This document shows, in pieces, positions 29,844-40,651 of a stretch of DNA of 61,261 nucleotides (position 1 is the first letter of the stretch; every line of letters begins with the position of its first letter). A program made the translations under genes and the position numbers. The notes under the pieces are model-generated. The model was given only the letters and a program-made list of their open reading frames with translations. It was not told where the DNA came from and did not search any database. The stretch covers positions 1 to 61,261 of the forward strand of contig CABUNR010000004.1 in NCBI GenBank assembly GCA_902492995.1, in the 5' to 3' direction. The DNA is from an uncultured Bacillota bacterium (GTDB lineage Bacteria; Bacillota_I; Bacilli_A; RF39; UBA660).

Positions 29844-32800
29844 GTGGCTTATACAATAAAAAAATTTGGAGATCATCGCGAGAGAAGAAATTATGGTAAA
29901 ACAAAGAATGCTATTGAACTTTCTAATTTGTTAGAAATTCAAAAAAAATCATATAATTGGTTTATTAATGAAGGAATAAAAGAAGTAATAGATGAAATTT
30001 TTCCAATTGAAGATTTTCAAGGAAAATTATCTTTAGAATTTGGAGAATATTCATTTGAACAACCTAGATATTCTATTAAAGGATGCAAAGAAAGATATTC
30101 AACATATGCAGCACCTTTAAAAGTTGAAGCTAGACTTTTTAATCATGAAACAGGGGAAGTAAAAGAACAAGAAATTTATCTTGGAGATATGCCTATCATG
30201 ACTGAAGGTGGAACATTTATAGTAAATGGGGCTGAAAGAGTTATAGTTTCACAATTAGTTAGAAGTCCATCAGTTTATTTTGGAAAAGAAATAGATAAAA
30301 ATGGTAGACTTGTAATTACATCACAAATAATACCTAATCGTGGAACATGGCTAGAATATGAAATCGATGCAAGAAATGTTATTTATGTTAGAATTGATAG
30401 AACAAGAAAAGTTCCATTAACAACATTATTACGTGCAGTTGGTTTATCTAGTGATGAAGATATTGTTGATTTATTTGGACAAAGTGATTATTTAGAATAT
30501 ACAATTGCTAAAGATTCAAATAAAAATACGGATGAATCATTAATAGATATTCATTCTAAATTAAGACCTGGCGAACCATCAACACTTGATAGTGCGAAAA
30601 ATCAACTAATCACTAGATTCTTTGATTCATTTAGATATGATTTGGCTAAGGTTGGACGTTATAAATTTAACAAAAAACTTAATGTAATAGACAGATTACT
30701 TGGATGTACTTTAGCAGAAGATATTAAGAATAATGGAGAAGTTATTGCTGCAAATGGAACTGTTGTAACAAAAGAAATCCTAGAAAAATTAAAACCAGCA
30801 TTTTTAAATGGATTTGGTGTAAAAGAAGTTTTAATTAATACAGAACTTGATACATATAATAAAGTTCAAATGGTTAAAGTTTATTCAAAAGTAAATGATG
30901 GAAAAGTAGTTAATATAATAGGAAATGATTACACAACTGATATAAAAAGACTTACTATTTCTGATATTTACGCAGCAACATCTTATTATTTAAACTTACT
31001 TGAAGGAATAGGAAATTATGATGAAATAGATCATTTATCTAACAGACGTGTTCGTCAAGTTGGAGAATTGTTACAAAATCAATTTAAAGTTGGTTTAAGT
31101 CGTATTGAAAGAGTAATTAGAGACAGAATGAGTACACAAGAAATTACAGAAGTTACTCCAAAATCTTTGATTAACATTAGACCTTTAACAGCTGCTATTA
31201 AGGAATTCTTTGGTAGTAGTCAATTGTCACAATTCATGGATCAAATAAATCCTGTTGCAGAACTTACAAACAAAAGAAGATTATCATCACTAGGACCAGG
31301 TGGTTTATCAAGAGATAGAGCTGGAATGGACGTACGTGATGTTAACCCAAGCCATTACGGAAGATTATGTCCTGTTGAATCTCCTGAAGGACCTAACATA
31401 GGACTTATTACATCGCTTGCTTCTTATGCAAGAGTTGATGATTATGGATTTATAATGACACCATATCGTAAAGTTGTAAATGGTGTATTAACAGATGATG
31501 TTGTTTATATGACAGCAGATGAAGAATTAGATTATTATATTTCACAAGCAGCAGTACAAACTGATGAAAATAATAAGATTGTATCTGAAAGAGTTCCTGT
31601 TAGATATCGTGGAGATAATATAATGATTGAATCTGAAAAAGTTGATTATGCAGATGTATCACCACAACAAGTTGTATCTATAGCAACACAAGGAATTCCA
31701 TTCTTGGATCATGACGATGGTAAACGTGCACTTATGGGTGCAAATATGCAACGTCAAGCAATTCCACTTATTAAAGCCGAAGCACCACTTGTTGGAACAG
31801 GTGTAGAAGCAATTGCTGCAAGAGATTCTGGAGCAGTTGTAATATGTAAAGCAGATGGTGTTGTTGATTATGTAGATGCAAATAAAATTGTTGTTAAAAC
31901 TGTTAAAGGAATGGATACATATTACTTAAATGGTTATGAAAGAAGTAATGCCGGAACTTGTTATCACCAAGTACCAATTGTAAAATTAGGTGATAAAGTT
32001 AAAAAAGATGAAGTTATAGGTGATGGCCCATCAACTGAAATGGGTGAAATGGCTTTAGGTAGAAATGTTACCGTAGCATTTATGAACTTTAATGGTTATA
32101 ATTATGAAGATGCAGTAGTCTTAAATGAAAGATTAGTAAAAGATGATGTATTTACATCAATTCACATAGAGGATTATGAAATTGAGTGTCGTGATACTAA
32201 ACTAGGACCAGAAGAATTTACAAGAGATATTCCAAATGTTAGTGAAGAAGCACGTAAAAATTTGGATGAAAATGGTATTGTAAGAATAGGTACAGAAGTT
32301 AAAGATGATGATATATTAGTTGGTAAAGTAACTCCAAAAGGTATGGCAGAACTTACAAGTGAAGAAAAATTATTACATGCAATATTTGGAGAAAAAACTC
32401 GTGAAGTAAGAGATACATCTTTACGTGTTCCACATGGTGGAGATGGAATAGTTCATGATGTTAAGATATTTACAAAAGAAGATTCTGATGAACTTCCAGC
32501 AGGAGTTTCTAAAATAATAAGAGTTTATATTGCTCAAAAAAGAAAAATATCTGTTGGTGATAAAATGGCAGGACGTCATGGAAATAAAGGTGTTGTATCA
32601 CTTGTACTTCCGGAAGAAGATATGCCATATTTACCAGATGGTACACCTGTTGATATATTACTTAATCCACTTGGAGTACCTTCACGTATGAATATTGGAC
32701 AAATTTTAGAAATGCATTTAGGTATGGCAGCTAAAGAACTTGGCGTTTATATGGCTACACCTGTATTTGATGGAGCAACACGTGAAGAAGTAATAGATGC

Positions 32801-33437
32801 ATTAAAGGAAGCAGGATTAAGAGAAGACGGGAAATTTGAATTATATGATGGACGTACTGGAGAACCATTTGATAATCCAGTCAGTGTTGGTATCATGTAT
32901 ATGATTAAATTAAATCACATGGTTGATGATAAATTACATGCAAGATCAACAGGACCATATTCATTAGTTACACAACAACCACTTGGAGGAAAAGCTCAAT
33001 TTGGTGGTCAAAGATTCGGAGAAATGGAAGTTTGGGCTCTTTATGCATATGGAGCAAGCCATGTTCTACAAGAAATGATGACTATTAAATCAGATGATGT
33101 GGTTGGACGTGTAAAAGTTTATGAAGCATTAGTTAAAGGTACACCACTTCCAAAATCTGGAGTACCAGAAAGTTTTAGAGTTTTAATTAAAGAATTCCAA
33201 GCATTAGGACTTGATATTACAGTTCTTAATAAAGAAGGAAATTTTATTGATTTAAAAGAATTAGAAGATGAAGAAGAAAATAATTTCTTAGCTAATGTTG
33301 ATTATCAAGTTGCAGATGATGAAGTAGAAGAACCAACAGAAGAATATGATTCAGAAGAAGAAGCAGAAGAAGATTTAGATGATATAGAACCAACATTAGA
33401 AGATTTAGAATCAGTTATGAAAGGGGTTGAGGATTAA
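29844..33437 (+). CDS. rpoB: DNA-directed RNA polymerase subunit beta
   Basis: 1,197 aa with conserved blocks such as [26 protein letters not shown] and [13 protein letters not shown]. Confidence 0.98.
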   Translation: MAYTIKKFGDHRERRNYGKTKNAIELSNLLEIQKKSYNWFINEGIKEVIDEIFPIEDFQGKLSLEFGEYSFEQPRYSIKGCKERYSTYAAPLKVEARLFNHETGEVKEQEIYLGDMPIMTEGGTFIVNGAERVIVSQLVRSPSVYFGKEIDKNGRLVITSQIIPNRGTWLEYEIDARNVIYVRIDRTRKVPLTTLLRAVGLSSDEDIVDLFGQSDYLEYTIAKDSNKNTDESLIDIHSKLRPGEPSTLDSAKNQLITRFFDSFRYDLAKVGRYKFNKKLNVIDRLLGCTLAEDIKNNGEVIAANGTVVTKEILEKLKPAFLNGFGVKEVLINTELDTYNKVQMVKVYSKVNDGKVVNIIGNDYTTDIKRLTISDIYAATSYYLNLLEGIGNYDEIDHLSNRRVRQVGELLQNQFKVGLSRIERVIRDRMSTQEITEVTPKSLINIRPLTAAIKEFFGSSQLSQFMDQINPVAELTNKRRLSSLGPGGLSRDRAGMDVRDVNPSHYGRLCPVESPEGPNIGLITSLASYARVDDYGFIMTPYRKVVNGVLTDDVVYMTADEELDYYISQAAVQTDENNKIVSERVPVRYRGDNIMIESEKVDYADVSPQQVVSIATQGIPFLDHDDGKRALMGANMQRQAIPLIKAEAPLVGTGVEAIAARDSGAVVICKADGVVDYVDANKIVVKTVKGMDTYYLNGYERSNAGTCYHQVPIVKLGDKVKKDEVIGDGPSTEMGEMALGRNVTVAFMNFNGYNYEDAVVLNERLVKDDVFTSIHIEDYEIECRDTKLGPEEFTRDIPNVSEEARKNLDENGIVRIGTEVKDDDILVGKVTPKGMAELTSEEKLLHAIFGEKTREVRDTSLRVPHGGDGIVHDVKIFTKEDSDELPAGVSKIIRVYIAQKRKISVGDKMAGRHGNKGVVSLVLPEEDMPYLPDGTPVDILLNPLGVPSRMNIGQILEMHLGMAAKELGVYMATPVFDGATREEVIDALKEAGLREDGKFELYDGRTGEPFDNPVSVGIMYMIKLNHMVDDKLHARSTGPYSLVTQQPLGGKAQFGGQRFGEMEVWALYAYGASHVLQEMMTIKSDDVVGRVKVYEALVKGTPLPKSGVPESFRVLIKEFQALGLDITVLNKEGNFIDLKELEDEEENNFLANVDYQVADDEVEEPTEEYDSEEEAEEDLDDIEPTLEDLESVMKGVED

Positions 33438-36400
33438 TGGATGTTAATAACTTTGAAGGGTTAAAAATTGCTATTGCCTCTCCTGAAAAAATAAGAGATT
33501 GGTCTTATGGTGAAGTAAAAAAAGCAGAAACAATAAATTATCGTACATTAAAGCCTGAAAGAGATGGACTTTATTGTGAAAAGATATTTGGGCCTACAAA
33601 AGATTATGAATGTGCTTGTGGTAAGTACAAAAGATTAAGATATAAAAACGTTGTATGTGATAGATGTGGTGTTGAAGTAACAAGATCAAAGGTTCGTCGT
33701 GAACGTATGGGACATATTGAACTTGCAACACCAGTCTCACACATCTGGTTTTTTAAAGGAATTCCATCACGTATGGGACTTGTTCTTGATATGTCACCAA
33801 GGGATTTGGAAGAAGTATTGTACTTTGTTTCATATGTAGTATTAGACCCTGGGGCAGCACCTTTAGAAAAAAAACAAACAATAAGTGATAAAGAATATAG
33901 AGCATATTATGAAAAATATGGAAATACATTTAGAGTTGGTATGGGTGCTGAAGCTATAAAAGAACTTTTAAAAGAAGTTAATTTACAAGAAGAAGTAGAC
34001 ACAATTAAAAAAGAAATAGATGAAATAAAAGATTCATCAAGTCAAAAAAGAATAAGATTAATCAAACGTTTAGATGTTCTTGATGCATTTTTAGAATCAG
34101 GTAATAAACCAGAATGGATGATTATGGATGTACTTCCTGTTATTCCACCTGAACTTAGACCTATGATTCAACTTGATGGTGGAAGATTTGCAACAAGTGA
34201 TTTAAATGATTTATATAGACGTGTTATAAATAGAAATAATCGTTTGAAAAAATTAATTGAACTTGGAGCACCAAGCATTATCATTCAAAATGAAAAACGT
34301 ATGTTACAAGAAGCTGTAGATGCTTTATTTGATAACGGAAGAAGAGGACGTAATGTAACTGGTGCTGGTAATAGACCACTTAAATCTTTATCAAGTATGT
34401 TAAAAGGTAAACAAGGTCGTTTCCGTCAAAACTTACTTGGAAAACGTGTTGACTATTCAGGACGTAGTGTTATTGTTGTTGGACCATCTTTAAAAATGTA
34501 TGAATGTGGTATTCCAAAAGAAATGGCACTAGAATTATTTAAACCACATGTTATTAATGGTTTAGTAACAAAAGGTATTGCATCTAATATAAAAGCAGCA
34601 AAAAGAATGATAGAAAATCAAGATGCTAGAGTATGGGATGTAGTAGAAGAAAAAATAAAAGAACACCCTGTAATGTTAAACCGTGCTCCAACACTTCATA
34701 GACTTGGAATTCAAGCCTTTGAACCAAAATTAATTGAAGGACGTTCAATTAGACTTCATCCATTAGTTTGTACAGCATTCAATGCTGATTTTGATGGAGA
34801 TCAAATGGCAGTACACGTTCCAATTAGTGAAGAAGCTCAAACAGAAGCTAGAGTATTAATGTTAGGTGCTAATAATATCTTGAAACCATCTGATGGTAAT
34901 CCAATTGTTACTCCAGGACAAGATATGATTTTAGGTAACTATTATATTACTATTGAAAAAGCTGGAGAGGTTGGAGAAGGTAGAGTATTTAGAAATCCAG
35001 ATGAAGCATTAATGGCATATGAAAGAAGAGAAATATCTCAACACACAAGAATTGCTATTCCTACGAGTGGATTTAAACATAAATTATTTACTGATGAACA
35101 AAAAGATAAATATTTAGTTACAACAGTAGGTAAACTTAAATTTAATGAAATTTTTCCTGATACATTCCAATATATAAATGAAGGAACAGATGAAAATATA
35201 GAAGGAATAACTCCTAATAAATACTTTATTGAAAAAGGAAAAAATATAAAAGAAGAAATAGAAAAAATGGAATTAGTTAAACCTTATGGTAAAAAAGTTT
35301 TAACTAAATTAATTGCTCAAACATATAAAAGATATCAAACAACTGAAACATCAATTATGCTTGATAAAATGAAAGATTTAGGATTTAAAGAATCAACATT
35401 ATCAGGTATATCAATTGGAATCGGAGATATTATACCATCAAGTAAGAAACCTGAAATATTAAAAGAAACTTCTGATAAAGTTGCTAAAATTAACAAACAA
35501 TTTAAAAGAGGTCTTATTACAGAACGTGAAAGATATGAAAGTGTTGTTTCTGCATGGACTGAAGCAACATCAAAAGTTGCAGCTGAACTTTCAGATATAG
35601 TAAAAGAACATAAAGATAATCCAATTTCTATAATGATTGATTCTGGAGCTCGTGGTAACTTAAGTAACTACAACCAAATGGCTGGTATGCGTGGACTTAT
35701 GGCTAAACCAACTGGTGAACCAGATGAAATTCCAATCAAATCATCATTTATAGATGGTGCAAGTGTTTCAGAATTCTTTACAGGAACACATGGTATCAGA
35801 AAAGGATTTGTTGATACTGCCTTAAAAACAGCAGATGCTGGATACTTAACAAGAAGGCTTGTAGATGTTGCACAAGATATTATTGTAAAAGAAGAAGATT
35901 GTGGAACTGATGCAGGTGTTGTTGTTGAAACACTTTTAAATACTGATAATACAGTCATTGAACCACTTCGTGAACGTATTATAGGTAGATATACAAACAA
36001 AAAAGTAATAAATCCAGAAACAAAAGAAGTAATAGTTGATAAAAATGTTTATATAACAGAACAACTTGCTGATAAAATAATAAAAGCTGGAATTACAAAA
36101 GTTTCAATAAGAACAATTTTAACTTGTAAGAGTGAACATGGTGTATGTAAACATTGTTATGGTAGAAACCTTGCAACAGGACACATTGTTGAAATAGGTG
36201 AAGCTGTTGGTATTATGGCTGCTCAATCAATTGGAGAACCTGGTACACAACTTACAATGCGTACAATCAACTCAGGTGGAGTTGCCGGAGACGATATTAC
36301 TCAAGGTCTTCCACGTGTTCAAGAATTATTTGAAGCACGTAATCCAAAAGGAAAAGCAACAATATCAGAAATTAATGGTGTTGTTACTGAAATTGAAGAA

Positions 36401-37066
36401 TCAAATGGAAAATTCATTATTTCAGTTAAAAATGATGTTGAAGTAAGAGAACATACTTCAAATTATGGTGCTAAACTTGCTGTTTCTAAGGGTGAAGAAG
36501 TAAAAGCAGGACAACGTTTAACTCATGGTGCAATAAGTCCAAAAGAGTTATTAGTTGTAACTGATCCTATTACTGTTCAACAATATATCGTAAAAGAAAT
36601 TCAAAAAGTTTACCGTTCTCAAGGTGTTGATATTTCAGATAAACATATTGAAGTAATGGCAAAACGTATGATTTCAAAAATTAAAATTGTTAGTTCAGGA
36701 GATTCTTATTTCTTACCTGGAACAATGGTTAATATTAATGAATTTACAAATAAAAATACAGAGTTAATTCTTGAAGGAAAAACTCCATCAACTGGTAGAC
36801 CAGTACTTCTTGGAATTACTAAGGCTTCACTTGAAACTGATTCATTCTTATCTGCTGCATCATTCCAAGAAACAACAAGAATTCTTACAGATGCTGCTAT
36901 CCATGGAAAAGTAGATCATTTAAATGGATTAAAAGAAAATGTTATAATTGGTAAATTAATTCCTGCAGGAACAGGAGCTAAAAGATATCAACAAACTGAT
37001 TATAAGTTAGAAAATGAGCAAGATGAAGAACCTTTAGATGTATTAGAAAGTGAATTAATGGATTAA
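33437..37066 (+). CDS. rpoC: DNA-directed RNA polymerase subunit beta'
   Basis: Zn-finger CACGKY..C..CGVEV and catalytic [12 protein letters not shown]. 1,209 aa. The start overlaps the rpoB stop by 1 nt. Confidence 0.98.
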   Translation: MDVNNFEGLKIAIASPEKIRDWSYGEVKKAETINYRTLKPERDGLYCEKIFGPTKDYECACGKYKRLRYKNVVCDRCGVEVTRSKVRRERMGHIELATPVSHIWFFKGIPSRMGLVLDMSPRDLEEVLYFVSYVVLDPGAAPLEKKQTISDKEYRAYYEKYGNTFRVGMGAEAIKELLKEVNLQEEVDTIKKEIDEIKDSSSQKRIRLIKRLDVLDAFLESGNKPEWMIMDVLPVIPPELRPMIQLDGGRFATSDLNDLYRRVINRNNRLKKLIELGAPSIIIQNEKRMLQEAVDALFDNGRRGRNVTGAGNRPLKSLSSMLKGKQGRFRQNLLGKRVDYSGRSVIVVGPSLKMYECGIPKEMALELFKPHVINGLVTKGIASNIKAAKRMIENQDARVWDVVEEKIKEHPVMLNRAPTLHRLGIQAFEPKLIEGRSIRLHPLVCTAFNADFDGDQMAVHVPISEEAQTEARVLMLGANNILKPSDGNPIVTPGQDMILGNYYITIEKAGEVGEGRVFRNPDEALMAYERREISQHTRIAIPTSGFKHKLFTDEQKDKYLVTTVGKLKFNEIFPDTFQYINEGTDENIEGITPNKYFIEKGKNIKEEIEKMELVKPYGKKVLTKLIAQTYKRYQTTETSIMLDKMKDLGFKESTLSGISIGIGDIIPSSKKPEILKETSDKVAKINKQFKRGLITERERYESVVSAWTEATSKVAAELSDIVKEHKDNPISIMIDSGARGNLSNYNQMAGMRGLMAKPTGEPDEIPIKSSFIDGASVSEFFTGTHGIRKGFVDTALKTADAGYLTRRLVDVAQDIIVKEEDCGTDAGVVVETLLNTDNTVIEPLRERIIGRYTNKKVINPETKEVIVDKNVYITEQLADKIIKAGITKVSIRTILTCKSEHGVCKHCYGRNLATGHIVEIGEAVGIMAAQSIGEPGTQLTMRTINSGGVAGDDITQGLPRVQELFEARNPKGKATISEINGVVTEIEESNGKFIISVKNDVEVREHTSNYGAKLAVSKGEEVKAGQRLTHGAISPKELLVVTDPITVQQYIVKEIQKVYRSQGVDISDKHIEVMAKRMISKIKIVSSGDSYFLPGTMVNINEFTNKNTELILEGKTPSTGRPVLLGITKASLETDSFLSAASFQETTRILTDAAIHGKVDHLNGLKENVIIGKLIPAGTGAKRYQQTDYKLENEQDEEPLDVLESELMD

Positions 37067-37088
37067 GGACTAAAATTAGTCCTTTTTT
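37066..37088 (+). terminator. Rho-independent terminator after rpoC
   Basis: AGGACTA (37066-37072) / TAGTCCT (37077-37083), AAAT loop, T6. Confidence 0.8.
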
Positions 37089-37099
37089 CATATATTAAA

Positions 37100-37128
37100 T
37101 TGAAAAGAAAAAGACAATTTGATATAAT
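37100..37128 (+). promoter_or_regulatory. Near-consensus sigma-A promoter (TTGAAA-17-TGaTATAAT) driving the large ncRNA
   Basis: -35 at 37100-37105, exact 17-nt spacer, extended -10 TGATATAAT at 37120-37128. The predicted TSS is near G37135. Confidence 0.75.
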
Positions 37129-37134
37129 ATCTTT

Positions 37135-37717
37135 GATGGCACATTATTCTAGTCATTAAATTTACTATGAAGGTGGGGCTAAAAATCCACTAAAGGGCAC
37201 ATCTGTGAAACTTCTTGTGCTTGCTTCTTACGCCCAGTTCGGGGTGAGTGCTGGGAGGTTAGGATATTGGGCAACCGTAATGGCATACGTTATTGACCCA
37301 ATATCTGTGGAGACCTAAACTTGTTATAAGCCTATACACAACAGTTGACGGACTTATGACGATTTAGGATTAAACCTACTATGTGGGGAAACTTACGAGT
37401 AGCGTAGCTTGTCTTGAGTGAATATAGGGAATTATTGATCAGATTCTTATCTTTGGCCAAAGGTATGGATTATTGCATTATGAAACTATATTTGCAAAAG
37501 AGAATTAATAGTAAATAGATGGTGGGGAAATCTTCTAGAATGTATTTTAATATGGGATTGCGGTGCGTACTAAGTGGCAATCAAGTCATATATTTGGTGA
37601 CGATATATTTGTATTTTTAAAGGGGAACCGCAAGTTTGGTAACGAACTGTAAATACAAGAGAAATTCAACTTGACCTAAGACGCAAAGTTTACTATTTTA
37701 AATGCCATCTTTTTTTT
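37135..37717 (+). ncRNA. Large (~583 nt) structured non-coding RNA candidate. OLE-like genomic layout; family unverified
   Basis: No ORF of 60 aa or more on either strand. About 37 % G+C by hand count over 37141-37680, versus very AT-rich intergenic DNA elsewhere. The 5' GAUGGCA (37135-41) pairs with UGCCAUC (37703-09), which is followed by U8. Many local helices are visible, for example 37263-71/37297-305 (9 bp), 37314-19/37363-68, 37326-32/37350-57, 37376-80/37398-402, 37556-61/37577-82 and 37608-16/37651-59. Confidence 0.7.
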
Positions 37718-37723
37718 ATTTAG

Positions 37724-38320
37724 GTGATTAAATTGAGAAAGAGTAAGTTAGAATTAATTAATTTAAAAGTACAAACAAGAAGAAAAGAATTAAAACATAA
37801 AGAAAAAGTAGATAAGGTATGGGTTATTAAAATTATATTAATTTCATTTGTAGTAGCATTAGTATTTGCTTTTGTATCAGAAACTATTATTCCTAATGTA
37901 AATTTAATATTTGGAATTGTTCTTCTTATTTTGGTAATAACTTTAGGGGTAATATTTGATATGATAGGAGTTGCTGTTACTGCAGCAGATATAGTTCCTT
38001 TTAATTCGATGGCATCAAGAAAAGTTAAAGGAGCTAAAATTGCTATTAAATTAAAACAAAATGCTGATAAAGTTTCTTCCTTTTGTAATGATGTTTTTGG
38101 TGATATATGTGGTGTAATTTCAGGATCAATTGGTGTAATTATATCTAGTTCTTTATCAAAAGTTATAAATATTAATAGTTTATATATATCACTATTAGTT
38201 ACGGCAGTAATTGCATCTATAACAATAGGAGCTAAAGCACTTTGTAAAAGTTTTGCTATTAATAAATCAAATATAATACTATATAAATCTTCAAAATTTA
38301 TTAATATATTTTATAAATAA
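37724..38320 (+). CDS. Small 4-TM membrane protein with a highly basic N-terminus (possible OapA-like partner of the upstream RNA)
   Basis: N-terminus IKLRKSKLELINLKVQTRRKELKHKEK, then four hydrophobic segments with intramembrane acidic motifs IFDMIGVA and NDVFGDICGV. The SD TAGGTGA lies 5 nt after the RNA U-tract. The start is GTG 37724 or, better spaced, TTG 37733. Confidence 0.6.
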   Translation: MIKLRKSKLELINLKVQTRRKELKHKEKVDKVWVIKIILISFVVALVFAFVSETIIPNVNLIFGIVLLILVITLGVIFDMIGVAVTAADIVPFNSMASRKVKGAKIAIKLKQNADKVSSFCNDVFGDICGVISGSIGVIISSSLSKVININSLYISLLVTAVIASITIGAKALCKSFAINKSNIILYKSSKFINIFYK

Positions 38321-38333
38321 AATGGTAATATTA

Positions 38334-38362
38334 TTGACTAGAAAAATATATAATGATATAGT
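38334..38362 (+). promoter_or_regulatory. Sigma-A-type promoter (TTGACT-17-TATAGT)
   Basis: -35 at 38334-38339 and -10 at 38357-38362, upstream of the GTG start at 38381 (SD AGGAGTGA). Confidence 0.6.
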
Positions 38363-38380
38363 TAGTGTAGGAGTGATATA

Positions 38381-40039
38381 GTGAAAGATAATAATATAAA
38401 TAGTGAAGATTTAGAAGAAAAAAAAGATAATGAAGTTGTAACTGATCAAGAAGATAATAGCTCTACAGAAGAATTAGACAACATAAAAATAGAAGAGTTG
38501 GCAGATGATAATGTAGATGATGACATTTCAAAAGAGAAAAAAGAAACTACAGAAAAGGATATTTCAAAAGAAGAAAAAGAAATTACAGAAAATGATATTT
38601 CTAATGAAGAAGAAAATAATCAAGTTATAAATGATGACATTTCAAAAGACTTTTCTATTAAGAAAAAAAATAAATCAGTAATTATTATAGCAATTATCGC
38701 TATTTTGGTACTTGCTTTATGCTTATTATATAAGTTTATATATAATCCTAAAAAATTATTTATTAAATCAATTAATAAACAATATACAGAAGTTGAAAAT
38801 TATTTATATGATTTAATTAAAGAAACATCAAATAAAAAAGCTATGACTATTTCAAATAATTTAGAATTTAATGTAAAAGTTGATAAAAGTATATCAAATA
38901 ATAGTACTAATTCATTAATTGATGAAATAAATAAATTAAAATTAAATTCTGAAGTTGGATATGATAAGAAAAACAAACAAATGCTAATAAATGTAAATGC
39001 GTTATATGAAAAAGATTCTATAATAAATTTAATAACATATGTAAAAGATAAAAATCTATATTTAGAACTTAAAGATTTATTTGATAAATATATAATTGTT
39101 CCTGTGGATGATTATAACTCATATTTTAAAAATACAATATCAGAAAGTGATATAAAATATATTTTAAAGAAAACAAAAGATGTTTATATAAATAATTTAG
39201 ATGAAAAGAATTTTAAAAAGAGTAATGGAACAATAAAAATTGATGGAAAAGATACAAAAGTTAGTAAAATAAGTTATGAAATATCACAAAAAGAAGCTTA
39301 TATTTTAGGAGAAAATATTTTAAAAGAATTAAAAAATGATTCAAAATATATTGAGGCATTAGCAACTATTTCTAATGAGGATAAAGAAACAATAAAAAAA
39401 TCAATGAAAAAAGGAATAGAATCATTACAAAAAGATATTTCTTCAAAAGAGTTTGATAGCAAAAATAGAATATCATTTGTTACTTATGTAAAAGGAATTA
39501 CAAATAAATCAGTTGGATATGAAGTATTAGTAAATGGTAGTGATAATGTTAAAATTTCTTATACAAAAGGTGATAATAACACTATAAAGGTAGTAATGAA
39601 TAATGAAGAAATTTTAAATGCACAAATTTATAATGATAAAATTAAAATGTCTATAAATGTAGAAGATAAAAAAATTACTTTTGACATATCAAAGAAAGTT
39701 AATGGTAAAAAAACAACTTATGATTATGATTTAAATATATCTGGAATGAGTGTTACTGGAAATATAATAATAGATATGAAAAAGGAAAATAAAGATGGAT
39801 CATATGAGGCAGAAGTTGATGTAAATGCTAATGTTATGGGATTAGTTAAATTAAATGTTAAAAATACATCAAAAGCTGTAATAACTGATGAATTGAAGCT
39901 TCCAGATTTATCAAATAGTATTAATTATGAAAAATTGACTGATGATGATATTAATAATATTAAATCAAAATTGTATGAAAATAAAGCAATTAAAACATTA
40001 ATTGAAAAATTTAGTAAAAGTGAAGTAGGTTTATATTAA
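38381..40039 (+). CDS. Hypothetical single-pass membrane protein with an acidic repeat-containing N-terminal tail
   Basis: N-terminal 100 aa are rich in D/E/K with reiterated DISKE-type units, followed by one TM (VIIIAIIAILVLALCLL) and a ~430-aa extracytoplasmic part. No family was recognised. Confidence 0.55.
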   Translation: MKDNNINSEDLEEKKDNEVVTDQEDNSSTEELDNIKIEELADDNVDDDISKEKKETTEKDISKEEKEITENDISNEEENNQVINDDISKDFSIKKKNKSVIIIAIIAILVLALCLLYKFIYNPKKLFIKSINKQYTEVENYLYDLIKETSNKKAMTISNNLEFNVKVDKSISNNSTNSLIDEINKLKLNSEVGYDKKNKQMLINVNALYEKDSIINLITYVKDKNLYLELKDLFDKYIIVPVDDYNSYFKNTISESDIKYILKKTKDVYINNLDEKNFKKSNGTIKIDGKDTKVSKISYEISQKEAYILGENILKELKNDSKYIEALATISNEDKETIKKSMKKGIESLQKDISSKEFDSKNRISFVTYVKGITNKSVGYEVLVNGSDNVKISYTKGDNNTIKVVMNNEEILNAQIYNDKIKMSINVEDKKITFDISKKVNGKKTTYDYDLNISGMSVTGNIIIDMKKENKDGSYEAEVDVNANVMGLVKLNVKNTSKAVITDELKLPDLSNSINYEKLTDDDINNIKSKLYENKAIKTLIEKFSKSEVGLY

Positions 40040-40053
40040 ATCCTACTTTTTTT
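40023..40053 (+). terminator. Rho-independent terminator
   Basis: AAGTAGG / CCTACTT stem overlapping the stop codon, followed by T7. Confidence 0.6.
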
Positions 40054-40096
40054 ATGTATTTAAAGCATAAAATTAGTGTAATATGAATAAAATTTA

Positions 40097-40125
40097 TTGA
40101 CATTAACATAATAAAATGATATATT
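40097..40125 (+). promoter_or_regulatory. Sigma-A promoter of the str operon (TTGACA-17-TGaTATATT)
   Basis: -35 at 40097-40102, 17-nt spacer, -10 at 40120-40125 with an upstream TG. A ~90-nt leader contains the hairpin AGATTTAC/GTAAATCT. Confidence 0.7.
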
Positions 40126-40217
40126 ATTTTTGCATAGATTATTAGATTTACTTTGGTAAATCTTTAATTAAGGCATAAAAAGAAACACCTGGAAGTGTGG
40201 AATGAAAGGAGGACATT

Positions 40218-40634
40218 ATGACAACTATTAATCAATTAGTTAGAAAACGTAGAACTGATAAAGTTAGAAAGAGTAAAGCTCCAGTCTTAGGAATTGGATA
40301 TAACAGTAGAAAGAAAAAAACAACTAATCAAAATTCACCACAAAAACGTGGAGTATGTACTCGTGTTGGTACTATGACACCAAAAAAACCAAACTCAGCA
40401 TTAAGAAAATATGCTCGTGTTCGTTTAAGTAATGGAATGGAAGTTACTGCATATATTGGTGGAGAAGGACATAACTTACAAGAACATAGCGTTGTATTAA
40501 TACGTGGTGGTCGTGTTAAAGACTTAATCGGTGTTCGTTATCATATCGTTCGTGGAACACTTGATACAGCAGGAATTGACAAAAGACGTCAAGGACGTAG
40601 TAAATACGGAACTAAAAAACCAAAAAATAAATAA
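40218..40634 (+). CDS. rpsL: 30S ribosomal protein S12
   Basis: [10 protein letters not shown]...[27 protein letters not shown]. Confidence 0.97.
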   Translation: MTTINQLVRKRRTDKVRKSKAPVLGIGYNSRKKKTTNQNSPQKRGVCTRVGTMTPKKPNSALRKYARVRLSNGMEVTAYIGGEGHNLQEHSVVLIRGGRVKDLIGVRYHIVRGTLDTAGIDKRRQGRSKYGTKKPKNK

Positions 40635-40651
40635 TAGAAAGGAGAAAACAT

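Noticed and set aside
37135-37717. Known housekeeping or regulatory RNA identities for the 583-nt element: RNase P RNA, tmRNA, T-box, cobalamin riboswitch, group II intron.
   Set aside because: No GAGGAAAGTCC or ACATGGCTTA RNase P blocks are present. There is no tRNA-like 3' end with CCA and no tag ORF, which rules out tmRNA. There is no T-box (GGGTGGTACCGCG) and no B12-box (GCCACTG). There is no domain V-like hairpin and no reverse transcriptase ORF. A short resemblance to the B. subtilis RNase P segment GGGGAACC...AATTCAAC (37622-37669) is probably coincidental.
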